The translations under genes were made by a program, and so were the position numbers. A DNA stretch of 64,000 nt from Macrostomum lignano. Taxonomy: Eukaryota. Positions 37,634 through 48,360 of the stretch are shown here, piece after piece. Numbering within the stretch: the stretch's first letter is position 1; the number at the start of each line of letters is the position of its first letter. Under the pieces are notes generated by a model. The model searched no databases. It was not told the origin of the DNA and worked only from the letters and a program-made list of their open reading frames with translations. The stretch lies in contig NIVC01000251.1 in NCBI GenBank assembly GCA_002269645.1, forward strand, positions 186,001 to 250,000, written 5' to 3'.

Positions 37634-38745
37634 CTACGAATAGCCCAACTGCGGATGGGCCAGCAGAGCTACTTTTGTGTCGGTGACGACACAGACGCCA
37701 CGAAACTGTGGCAGCCCCACATGAATCAGGTCGCCGAGGTAGCTCAAGTCGCCGAAGGGATCGCATGCGAATACTCGGAAGTGCGCGAGTCGACAGCCTC
37801 GATTAGGTGACGTTGTGGCAACATGTGCTAGTTCCTCCAGCGGGTCGACGGCCGCGAGAACTGGCAGTACGAGCAGTCCGAGCCTAACCTGCTCACCTTG
37901 ACATTCGATGGTTTGCACTCGGCAGAATCGGAAATCCGTCGTAGTGTCACCTTCGATGGCCACGAAGCCTGCCGCATCCTGACATCCGGGAGTGAAAATT
38001 CGTATTGTCCAACCGGATTTCAGAGTGGCACTGTGCCATCCGACTTGCCAGCGCTTCGGTCGACGAAGCAAGACATCTGGAAGGGTGAGTACTTCTGTTC
38101 GACGGAATAATTCCTCTTCATCTTGCTGATCCCCGTGCCCGATCAGTCGCGCTCGCGCTTGGATGGTGCCGATGTGGCGCTCCACGGCGCCAACCAGCTC
38201 GACGTCGGTGCGCCGCGTCCCATGCAGGCGTTTTTGCAGGCGCAAGTGCGTGCTTTCGAAAATTCCAGCCGATAGGCGGTGCGCAGAGCCGGCCAGATGG
38301 ACGTATGTCAGCATGTGGCAGCACACCTGATGAGCATTATAGGTTAGTGCTCTTAAGGAGTACAACCTATACAGTTTGTCGTGGAAGTGGCGCAATGCAA
38401 TCTCTACGTGCCGCAACTCAGACAGAGGCGCATAATCGGCAGTCATCCAGAACACTGCAGCGGAAAGAAGTAACAGATGCTGGTAGTGGGCGGGTGGTAG
38501 GACGGCTTCCAAAACGAGGGGGCCGTAGGCCATCAGCCACATTTCAAACTCGTGCCCACGGAAATTGCGGAGGTCACTCAGTGGACGCACTTCATGGCGT
38601 TGGACGTTGATGGGCAGCCGGATGCGGAGCAGCAGCTCATCGACCTGATGTTGAAGCCGGTGCAGGTCCGGACAATTAGTTTCTCCTCGGTCCGGCTTCT
38701 CGGCCCGCACCAGGAATAATTGGTACATTATCATCCGGACCAGAC
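37634..38745 (-). pseudogene. EnSpm-type transposase, C-terminal half
   Basis: RIRLP...VRPLSDLRNFRGHEFEMWL, YQHLLLLSAAV, TYNAHQVCCH, AGIFES (catalytic E region). The first ~20 aa of the listed ORF come from the LINE 3' end. Confidence 0.88.
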
Positions 38746-38833
38746 TTGACTTAGCTGCAGGGCTGTCCCGGAGGGGACACAGCGGGAAGGCGCGGGCGCC
38801 CATTCCGCTAGTCCCTGAACGGCCGACGCGTCG

Positions 38834-41800
38834 CTATGGACGGAGGGTTGGCGCCGCCCAGGGAGGTCCCCCAGTGTCGCCAGCAGCTATGGTGCTCTCT
38901 GGAAAGGAGAGTTCAGCCCTGCGGGTGGCCCGAAGGTAGCGCATGAGCTGATTAAAGTTTTCGGGTTTACACGCTTCAGTAATAGATGTGTGTGGCCCGA
39001 GGTAAGTGAGTCTGGCCCGCGTGAAGGCGGGACAGATGCTGACGAAATGCTCAGCGGTTTCGTCACCTGAGTTGCAGAAACTACAGGTGGCGTTGGTGGC
39101 GTTGCCCTGCAGGTACTGGTGCCTGGAGAAGCAGCCGTGACCAGAGAGGGTCATGGTGGCAGCCCGGATGTCTCTGCGCGAGAGGCGCAAGAGGAGCTTC
39201 CGGAGCTGGTGAGAGGGCTGAGGGACAGCGCCTCTGGATTGCCTGCAGTTCGTGCGGTTCGCCCAAGTCGAGCGGTGCTGAGTCCTGATCCACGCTTTGA
39301 AGCGCGAGTCGATGACACAGCCAGGAATCGGGACGAGCCGGAGGCACCAACTTTTGCAAGGGTGTCAGCCAACTCATTTCCTCGGATCCCCACATGCCCC
39401 GGAACCCACTTAAGGGTAATTTTGTTGGCGGAACCCAACACATTGAGGAGTTTGATACAGTCAAGGACTGTAGCAGAGTTGGTGCTGCAGCCACTGATGG
39501 CGTGCAAGGCAGCTTGGCTGTCCGAATGGAAAATGATGTTCTTACCAGTAACGCCAGTGGCGAGAAGCTCTGCAGTGCAGGAGCTGATGGCCAGAACTTC
39601 ATTTTGGAAAACACTGGAGTTGACCCCAGTGTATTGAGCGTGGGTAGCGATGACCCTCCCGTTCAGAAAGATTCCAACACCAAAGCCGGTGTTGGCTGAC
39701 TGCTTAGAACCGTCGGTGTAGCAATGAAGCTCACCAGGGTTCCATGGTCATTGATGTTATCGCGCGAGTCGATAGCTACGGAGTAGCGCTGTCTCAGGTT
39801 GAGCGTTGAGGCAATGCCATCGGTGAAGACGCGATTGGCCTGACACTCGTTGAGAAAGTTGAGGCACAGATCGCTATGCGGGACAAGGTTCCGCTTAGCA
39901 GGTGCTCTCATGTAAATGAATTTGACGCCGGCATCAATTAGACACCGCGTCGTTCTAGCCGCCTCACCCCTGATGAAGAGGTCAAGAGGCGGAAGATTAA
40001 GAAAGGCCCCCATGCCAGCAAAGGGCGTGGACCTGGTGGCGTTGCAGATGAGCCTACACGCTCTGCCTTGGATCGTGTTGAGCAGGTCTGCATGGCTTTT
40101 GACCTGGGTAGCGCTAACCCAGACAACAGAGGCGTACGTAATGGCAGGTCTAACTACGGAAGTATAGATCCACCAAAGCCGCTTTGGGGATAGACCCCAA
40201 GAAGTGCCAAGTGCTCGTCGGAGCTGGGCCAGGATGGCTGAGGCACGCTTGGCTTTTGCTTTCACGTGGAGGACCAGTTGAGCCGGTGGTCAAGTATGAC
40301 CCCGAGACATCTGGTCTGGTGCGCGAAGGCAATATCTCTGCCGTAGAGCTGCAGAGGACGTATGTTCCAGCGTAGTCTGCTGGTAAACATAATGGCAACG
40401 GTTTTGGGCTCAGAGAGTTCCAGACCATTGTCATTGGCCCAGGATTCTGCTTTGCGGATAAAGCTCTGCATCAGATCCCTGAGCGTGCTGGGAGACGGTC
40501 CTGCCACAATGGCCGTGACGTCATCAGCATACCCGACTTTGAAGACGGGGTCGGGTCGGGAGTCACTCAAAAGAGCGTCCATGACCAGGTTCCAGAGCGT
40601 CGGGGTGAGGACTCCGCCTTGGGTCCACCCTTACAGACTCTGGTGGAGGCAGTTTGCCCAAGAAGTTGAGCAGTGACCGTACGGTTGGAGATCATGTACA
40701 TGATCCACCGTATGAGGGTAGCATGAGCTTTGCGATTTTGAAGGGCCCTCTGAAACGCTTCAAAGATAACGTTGTCGAAGGCGCCAACAATGTCAAGAAA
40801 GAGAGCCAGAGCGTAACCGTCACCCAGTACCGCCCTTTCAATCTTCTCGACAATCGCATGCAGGGCGCTGTCAGTCGACCTCCCGGTACGGAAGGCGTGC
40901 TGATTATTGCTGAGGGGCATCGCTGTCAGCTCGCAGGACAGCAGCCGCCAGAGAATAAGCCTCTCAGTGAGCTTAAGCATTGCTGACGTTAAGCTAATAG
41001 GCCGGAAGGCCTTGACGCTTTGGTAGTCACCCTTCCCAGGTTTGGGAATAAAGACTACCCGAGCTTCAGTCCAGCATTTGGGAACGTATCCCAGCTGGAT
41101 AGAGGCCCGCATGAGATTGCGGGTGAGTCTCAGGAACGAGGGTATCTTGGCTGCTTCACGAAGGAGAACAGGGTAGATACCATCAGGTCCAGGAGATTTG
41201 AAGGTTCTGACCGCACGAGCGATTAGGTCTTCAGTGACAATGCCCGCCGCTAGGGTGGCTCCATCCATCGAATGGTTGGGCTCCGGTCTAGCAGTAGGTA
41301 CCCTCGGGAAGAATGTGCTAAGCATATGCTGAAGCACTTCTGGGTCTTTAGTAAGAGAGCCATCATCTTTTTTGATCATGGCTAATTTGGAAATTTTGTC
41401 CATTGTAAGGGCCTTGACAAGCCTAGAAGTAGGTCTGTCTTGATCCAATTCATTGCAGAATTGGCGCCACTTACATTCCTTGGCCTTGCGCACTTCAGAT
41501 TTGAAATTGCGGGAGGCTTGCCGGAAAAGCTCCATGTCCTCCGGGTTTCCGGTCTTCATGGCACGGCGATGAAGGCTTTTGGCCTTCCGCCTGAGTTTCC
41601 CCAGCTCCGGGTTCCACCACGGCGCCGAGGTCTTGCCTTTGTAGGCGCGAGCAGGACAAGCCGCTTCGTAGGCTTCAATAATGCAACCTGTCAGCGTCTC
41701 AGCCATATGATCCACATCCTCGCAGGTCTCAATCGGACGTAAGTCCGTGAGTTCCTGCAGGTGCAGATCAAGGGCAGCCTTGTAGGCCGCCCAATCAGTG

Positions 41801-42535
41801 TTGCGGATATTGCGTCTCCAAGTGATCGGAGACTGGGTTTTAGTGTCCGCGATGTTAAAGGCGATAAAGCAGTGGTCAGACAGGGAGGGCTCCTCAGACC
41901 AGACTCTCCACTCCTCAACTCTGTCAAAGAGTCTTGGGGTAACGAGTGTGGCGTCGAGGACCTCGGTCCATCTGCCATTATTAAAGGTAGGAGTGCTGCC
42001 GCGGTTGCAGAGCATGAGGTTTGTGTTAGAGATGAGGCCAGAAGCTCCTCTCCTCTAGTGTTGGTATCTTTGCTGCCCCAGTGCTTGTGGTGCGCGTTGA
42101 GGTCGCCCCCTAAGCACAGCTCAGCGTTCTGGGACTCGCAGTACTGCGCGAGGCGCAGTAAACTCTCAGGAGCAGGGTCTCTGTCGCCTGGGATATAAAC
42201 CGAGGCAACAAGACACGTACGCGGAGAGAAATGATTAGATTGGATGACACAGAGGTCTCCATCAGAGAGATCAGTCCTCAGCCAAGCTGGAGATGGCTAG
42301 CAGCGAGGATAGCCGCTCTAGGGCGGCTGTTCCCCGGGCCACACACATAAAAATCAGAGTAGCCAGAGGGAATGTTGGGCAACTTACCGTTGCGCATCCA
42401 GGGTTCCTGGATCAGGATGAGGCCTGGCCTGTACAGCTCAGCAATCTTCATCAGATTTACTGACGCAGATACGCAATGCTGTAAATTAATTTGCAGACAG
42501 AATGTCGCTCCTTTGGCAGCGTGGAGCTTAGTCAT
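38834..42535 (-). pseudogene. LINE ORF2 (endonuclease, reverse transcriptase, RNase H, zinc finger), several frameshifts
   Basis: LQINLQH, ILIQEPW, LSDHCFI (APE); SPGPDGIYP, RPISLTS, FLDIVGAFD, GYADD (RT); WVPGHVGIRGNELAD (RNase H); CSFCNSGDETAEHFVSICP. Confidence 0.93.
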
Positions 42536-42574
42536 ACTGTATTAAATGCAATTTCTGGCTAGAGCCCAGGGCCA

Positions 42575-44134
42575 TCAAGGAGACTTGGACAACAGATCGT
42601 CCTCGTCCCAGGCCGCTGGGGCTTGACTGGGAGATGGGAGTTGGTCGACGTCCATGGCCTCCTCACCCCCACCGCCCCCCCAGCAGAGTCCTCGGCTCCG
42701 ATGACAGGATGGAGGAAGCTTCCTCACCTGCATCTTTACCTTCAGACCCCACCAAGGTGGCCGAGGAGAGCTCGGATTCCGAAGACCCGGCCTCGTCCTC
42801 AACTCCTTCTCCGACTGGCAGGTTTGGTTCCCGGGCTTGGCCGGAGCCGTTACCGCGGTCGCCGAACTGCTGCTAGCAGAGGGGCGAGATGCAGCTTTGG
42901 CTTTGGGATCGGCTTGCGCCTTTCCTTGGGCCTTAGACTGCGCCCCGCTCTTGCCGGAGATGCCAGGGTTGGCAGTAGCCTTCCCTTTGGCAGACTTTCC
43001 TCGGCGCATCTTGAGCTTGAGGGCACCCAGCTGGAAAGAGGATCCATTAGGGTACCGACTCGCCCAAGTGCTGGAAAGGCCGAGGACAATTGAGTTGCCC
43101 GTCTCCCCCCTGCGGACTTTACGGTGATACACCAGTCCACTAGCAGGGAGGTCGGGGTTCAGACGCAGTAGGACCCGGCGGATAACGTCTGGTCCAGCTG
43201 CGGTGCTCTTAGCAGGGACGAAAACCACATAGGGTATCGTCTTTGGACGCTGGCCCTCGCGAAGAAAAAGAGCTCCGCCAAGGTCAGCATCCAAGGAGAC
43301 CGTCGGTAGCCGCTGGAGCAGCTGCCGAGCGTCCTCCTCGCTGCTAGGAGCAATAAGAACGAATGTGCTTCGCAGCACCATCCGCTCAATGCCGATGGAG
43401 ATTCCCTCCTCGACAGTCAGCTCAATCAGATAGGAGTCAACAGCACTCCACACTTTTTGAAGCTGATCAGTGGTCCAGTCCTGGTCGCGACCTTGGATGA
43501 TCACTCCCGGGATTTTGGCCTTGGCCTTCGCCGCAAAGGTAGCTCCCGAAGGAACCTCCTTGTTGGCAGTGGCCATTTGTTGCGCCGTGATTTCGGCCTC
43601 AGCAGCCGCGGCAGCAGCTCCAGGGAGCGCCGCCGCTGAACTACTGGAGCTTCCACCGGCCGGCCCGCCTGGTTGCCTTGGGACTCCAGTCGCTTCAGCA
43701 TCCATGGTGGACGCCGCCGCTTTGGCCCCCGCAGCTCCCTTTTTGGCCTGCCTTTTGGCGCGTTGTTTAGCGCGTTTGCGCTCAAGCCGAGCCCGCTGAG
43801 CTTCATCGGATCTGCCAGATTTGGCCGGTCCTTTAGGCTCAGAGCTCGCGGTTCCCTTAGATCCACCAGCGGAGCTGGCAGGTCTTTGGGTATTTTGAGT
43901 TTGGTAGCTCTGGTCGAATCTGCCAGCAGAGCCAGCCGGTCCTTCCTTTGCCACAGTTGAATCAGTCGGTTGGGATCTGCCAGCAGGGCCGGCCGGTCCT
44001 TCGGACTGAGGTTGGGGTTTAGAAGGGTCCCCGTCCCTAGAGTTAGCTTGATTATCCATAGACGGCTCGAAGGCCATGATAAAAGGTTGGTGGGCTACCC
44101 TCAAAGGGGCGCGGTACCCACCCGGCCGCTCCAC
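42575..44134 (-). CDS. LINE ORF1 (gag-like, DUF4780-like, no CCHC knuckle seen)
   Basis: 519-aa open frame ending 40 bp before ORF2; low-complexity N- and C-terminal parts around a globular core. Confidence 0.8.
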   Translation of the reverse strand: MERPGGYRAPLRVAHQPFIMAFEPSMDNQANSRDGDPSKPQPQSEGPAGPAGRSQPTDSTVAKEGPAGSAGRFDQSYQTQNTQRPASSAGGSKGTASSEPKGPAKSGRSDEAQRARLERKRAKQRAKRQAKKGAAGAKAAASTMDAEATGVPRQPGGPAGGSSSSSAAALPGAAAAAAEAEITAQQMATANKEVPSGATFAAKAKAKIPGVIIQGRDQDWTTDQLQKVWSAVDSYLIELTVEEGISIGIERMVLRSTFVLIAPSSEEDARQLLQRLPTVSLDADLGGALFLREGQRPKTIPYVVFVPAKSTAAGPDVIRRVLLRLNPDLPASGLVYHRKVRRGETGNSIVLGLSSTWASRYPNGSSFQLGALKLKMRRGKSAKGKATANPGISGKSGAQSKAQGKAQADPKAKAASRPSASSSSATAVTAPAKPGNQTCQSEKELRTRPGLRNPSSPRPPWWGLKVKMQVRKLPPSCHRSRGLCWGGGGGEEAMDVDQLPSPSQAPAAWDEDDLLSKSP

Positions 44135-44595
44135 CTGACCGGGCAGTAGGCCAATAGCACCCTCAAGGCTGGCCCGACACCAGGAGGGGGACCGCTTGCG
44201 ACCGGACTACTCCCCGGCCTTCCAGCCCATCGGCACGGTCAACACCTTAGGCATTAGAGAGTACGTTGAGCAGTACCACGGCCTGCAGGTTGGCGAGCCA
44301 GACCCGCATACCCAAATTCGGCCGAAGCCACTGGATAGGGTCGCCAGCGCCGGAGCCCAGTCTGTCCAGCAGCCCTAGGGACTGCCTTGAACACACGCGG
44401 GGACGAGTACCCTGGGTCGACTTGCGAGACAGCGTGGGGGGGGGTCTGCGGCTGCCAGAGGCAAATAGAGGGTGCAGACCTCCCACCAGCCTTGACCTGC
44501 TGAAGATAGGGGCAGGCGTGAAGCATCGCAGACCTTAGCCCATGGGCCTAGTCTGACTCATACTTCACTGGCATGCTGAATACGCCTTCGCGTGC

Positions 44596-46303
44596 TCATC
44601 CGGACCAGACCTAGGTGCAGCTGGTGGAGATAACACGGCGGACATCGCGCAAGTCAAAACCCGGGAGGCGTCCTAACGGAGAGTGGCCTCGGACACCCAA
44701 TGTGTCTGTGTTCTGGTGCCGAGCACCTGCTAGGTGTTGCTCCGCTAATCTGCGCGTATCTGCCATGCTCCGTAGGACAGTTTGCAGACAACCTAGACGT
44801 CGAGCAGCATTCTGCATTGCTGGCGTTAAGCCGACGTCGAAGACACGCCCAGAGCCTGAAGGATGAAGACGCGTAGCAATGTAGCACTTCTCGCAGCCGT
44901 AGATAGCCGTGCATCGTCGCATGCGGAGCGCATCTGCACGAGCCGGTGAGTCGAACATTGCTAGCAACGGATGGAAGCGTATCGTACGCTGAACTCCATC
45001 AGCGTCAGTGTACGTTACGCCCCGGATGCGTAAAGAAATCAGCGCGTCGACGACCACCGGAAGGAAAGCCGCTGAACTCACTTTGGTCTTAGCAGCCCAG
45101 AGCCCACAGATTATGACATAGCGCAACTTGACATGATCGTGAACCTCGTTGATGCTTAAGTAGACTGGACACACCTCTACCTTGCTGGTTGACCGTGCTG
45201 GAAACCCATCAGAGCTCAGAGTATACGAGAGGTCGCTCTTAGCAACTAGGTTTATCGACTCCCGAAACTGTCTGTACAGGTGACTGTTGTAGAAATGGAT
45301 GGTGTCTTCGTGCGCATTGAAGTCGGAAGGAAAAGTCAAATTATGCAGCAGTCCACATGACTCTATGTAAGTTCGGATCTGCTTTCTAATGTTGAAAACC
45401 CAGAAGTTTGCGACTCTCATTGATCCGCAGTCTCTGCAATGTCCACCGTTTTGACTGCAGTCTCCTCGGTTGTTTACGTAGCACTCGTTGCACACAGTGA
45501 CGCATTTTTCGGAGCCGATGTAACTCTGGGCGGACTTTAGCGTCCGCCACATAGTTCTTTCAGTGCGCGGAATTCGACTTCCCGGAACCAGACAATGCAC
45601 AAGACGTAGAAGTCTGGTTATTTTTTTACTTGGGATTCCAAGATCAATGGCGCAGTCGTTGATATGACACACAGCTTCACCAATGGTGCCCGTGATGGGT
45701 TCGCCGTTGTGCCACGGTAGCTGTAGCCAGGGATCAAGAACTGGCTGTTCCTGGCCATCGCTGTCGCTGGAGTCAAGTGACTCAGCGTCACTGCCGTCAC
45801 TGGAGTCTGTGGGAAAAGCGCGATAGTTTTTCTGTATCAACGGATATCGGGGCCGCATTTTGCAGATCCTCGATGCTACTCACCATGCTCAGGGGGCTCA
45901 GAGTCGGGTGTCTCTGTACCGTCGCTGCCATTGCGGCCAGCGCTGTTTACGGACTCAGCGTCACTGCGGCTTTGGTCGCCTCCACTGCTGCCGTCACTGG
46001 AGTCTGTGGGAAACGCGCGATAGTTTTTCTGTATCAACGGATATCGGGGCCGCTTTTTGCAGATCCTCGATGCTACTCACCATGCTCGGAGGGCTCACTG
46101 TCACCGGTGTCTACGGACTCGGCACCTCTGAGAAGCTGCGACGATGCTGCGACGACAGTGCTACTGCTGCGCGAAGTACTAGGTACAGCGCGACTAACCG
46201 GGGAACGCGGTCGGTCAGTCAACTCAGCGCAGGCCGCGTCAATATTTTGTTGCAGTCGTCGCGCCCGCTGATAAAATCGTCTGTCGCGTCGTGATCGCTC
46301 CAT
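44596..46303 (-). pseudogene. EnSpm-type transposase, N-terminal half; exons 46081-46303, 45884-46003, 45806-44596; frameshift near the YLHQL motif
   Basis: CNECY...CRDC, YTLSSDGFP (D1), CPVYLSINE, FDSPARA (D2), GCEKC, YLHQLHLGLVR; two 77-nt GTGAGT...CACAG introns. Confidence 0.88.
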
Positions 46304-48360
46304 TGTAATTATTTCAGGTTTCTTAATGCAGCTGGAAATTCATGGAACTTTATTAACAAAGGCTGCTACGTACGCTACGCCTAGCGGGCCAATTCGGGGA
46401 TGGGACTTTGCTTATACATTTTTGTAAAAGAGGAAATCAACGTTGGAATCCCACAGTAGCATGCAGCCTTCAGAAATGTGTGCGATGACAGCATTAAAAT
46501 GACAATATTTTTTCTCAGTTTACGTGAACTACGCTCGTAATGTAACATACGAAGACGCTCATATGATATATATATAAAGATGAGCGGAAAAAATACTGCA
46601 AGAGAACAAAACAGGAGCACATTACAGAACATACAATTACAAGAAAATCTTCATGTCAATTGTCAATTATACACTGTGTCTCCCATACCATTTTCAACCC
46701 AATCCTGAATTAAAGGCTTTCATCAGCTCTTTTCTCCGGCTCTTGTCCAGTCGAAGAACCAGAGAAAGAACCGGGCAAAATTCCAGGCGGAAATGTTATT
46801 TCATCCGCTTTTACTCCGGAATTCCCTGGTTACTAAACTGGTTCCAAACCTGGCGAAGGACCGGGTAAAAAACCAGAGCACTCGTACGGTTTTTCCTCCG
46901 GAATTTCGCCTGGTTTAGAAAGGCAGAGAAAAAACGGATAAATTCGCCTGGTTTATGTTCTTCGCCTGGAAATGGGGCAAAAAACATAGCAAGCCAGAGC
47001 AAAACCGGGCGAAAAACCTGATCGGATGGCCACACGGGTGTGCGCGGCAGGCCAGGCAACAACAGTACAGGCAAGCGCCAAATTTGGCGGCTTCCACTAA
47101 CTAACCCTAGGCTAGGCAAACTTCCTAATTTCCTATGTTAAAGATTGCGCCATATTGTGCAACTTCTGAGCGCCAAGGAAGGCTGCTTAGAGTGCATGGA
47201 GGCAGCAGAAAATTCCTATTCCAGATACTAGCAGCGGACAGCAGTGCCTAAGATGTGACTGCGGCCCTATGCTTGCAGCAGAAGGCTGCGGCCACATCAC
47301 GTCTATGGCTGAAACGCGAGTGCGCTATGCCCATTGACGCACTCGTCAGCGTGCTAGATTCTTCTTCTTTCGTCTGACATGTTGAAAAAACTGAGTGTGG
47401 AACGGCATAGACAGCGCTTTTTATGGATTTCAGTGCTTAAATGAGTGCTCCAAAGATTAAATTGCCTGCCGGTTTGACACAGTTTTTACCATAGACAACT
47501 GGCAGTGAGGCTCAAAATGCATGTGTTTTTTCTATCTTGGATTAAATTGCTTGCCCGTAGTCTCTAGCTCGTACTAGCTTGCAAAATGCTATAATAGCCA
47601 TTAAATAACCTGTCTATGTCAGAATGTCCGAGGCTGCATTTAATGGTCCCGAGGCCAGCGAAGCGAGCCGAGGACTAGCTTTATTTATGTATCCCCCGTT
47701 CGGTATGTTGGCTGCTAGCGGGGATGAGGGGGCAGATTGCTGGCTGGGGGTGTGGGGGCGAAGCCCCCACATTTAGGCCACAGACAAATTTTAATTTATT
47801 TGCATCGATGCAAAGTGAGGCAAACTAGCAAAAAGTCAAGGGGAACTAAAGTACAAAAGAACTATAAAAAATAACAATAAAAAATGAAAAGTATAAATTA
47901 CGTTTTTAGTCTATGGCACAAAGCTAAAGGCTAATCTAGAAAGAAATTACTGTACGACGAAGTAAAGTTATTTGTGCAGCAACACTGCAAGCCGGGAGAC
48001 TTATACGTCTGAGAGACGTGCTGATTTTATCGACAAATAAGCCAAGAGATATGTCTGGACAGTCTGGTGCTCGACATCCAATCTTGTCGGATGCAGAAGC
48101 TGATGCACTGGTAAGTGCAACAGTGCCACCAAATACGGTCAAGAAGAGTGCGTGGATGATATCAACGTTTAAAGAGTGGCACGAATGCAAAAAAGAAGAC
48201 TGGGCAAAGAATGGCGGCTCCTCTCTGATGGTATTGAAATCTATGGACGAATTTACTAGGTCCGACTTGAACTATTTGCTGAAGCTTTTCATCCTTGAGG
48301 TAAGGAATAAGAAGCATGAGCGCTACTCGGCTGGAACTCTCAAGGACTTCGTGTCTATGC

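Larger units (their letters stand above)
38746..44595 (-). mobile_element. Full-length LINE (R1/Loa-like group: ORF1, then APE-RT-RNase H-CCHC ORF2), 15-bp TSD
   Basis: TSD TCATCCGGACCAGAC at 38731-38745 and 44596-44610; removal restores transposase HLGLVRMIMYQLF. Confidence 0.95.
33550..47038 (-). mobile_element. Full-length EnSpm/CACTA-superfamily DNA transposon (about 7.6 kb without the nested LINE)
   Basis: TIR CCCGTGTGGCCATC(T/C)GATCAGGTTTTTCGCCCGGT at both ends, 2-bp TSD TG (33548-33549, 47039-47040), subterminal repeats, DDE transposase and accessory genes all on minus. Confidence 0.92.
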
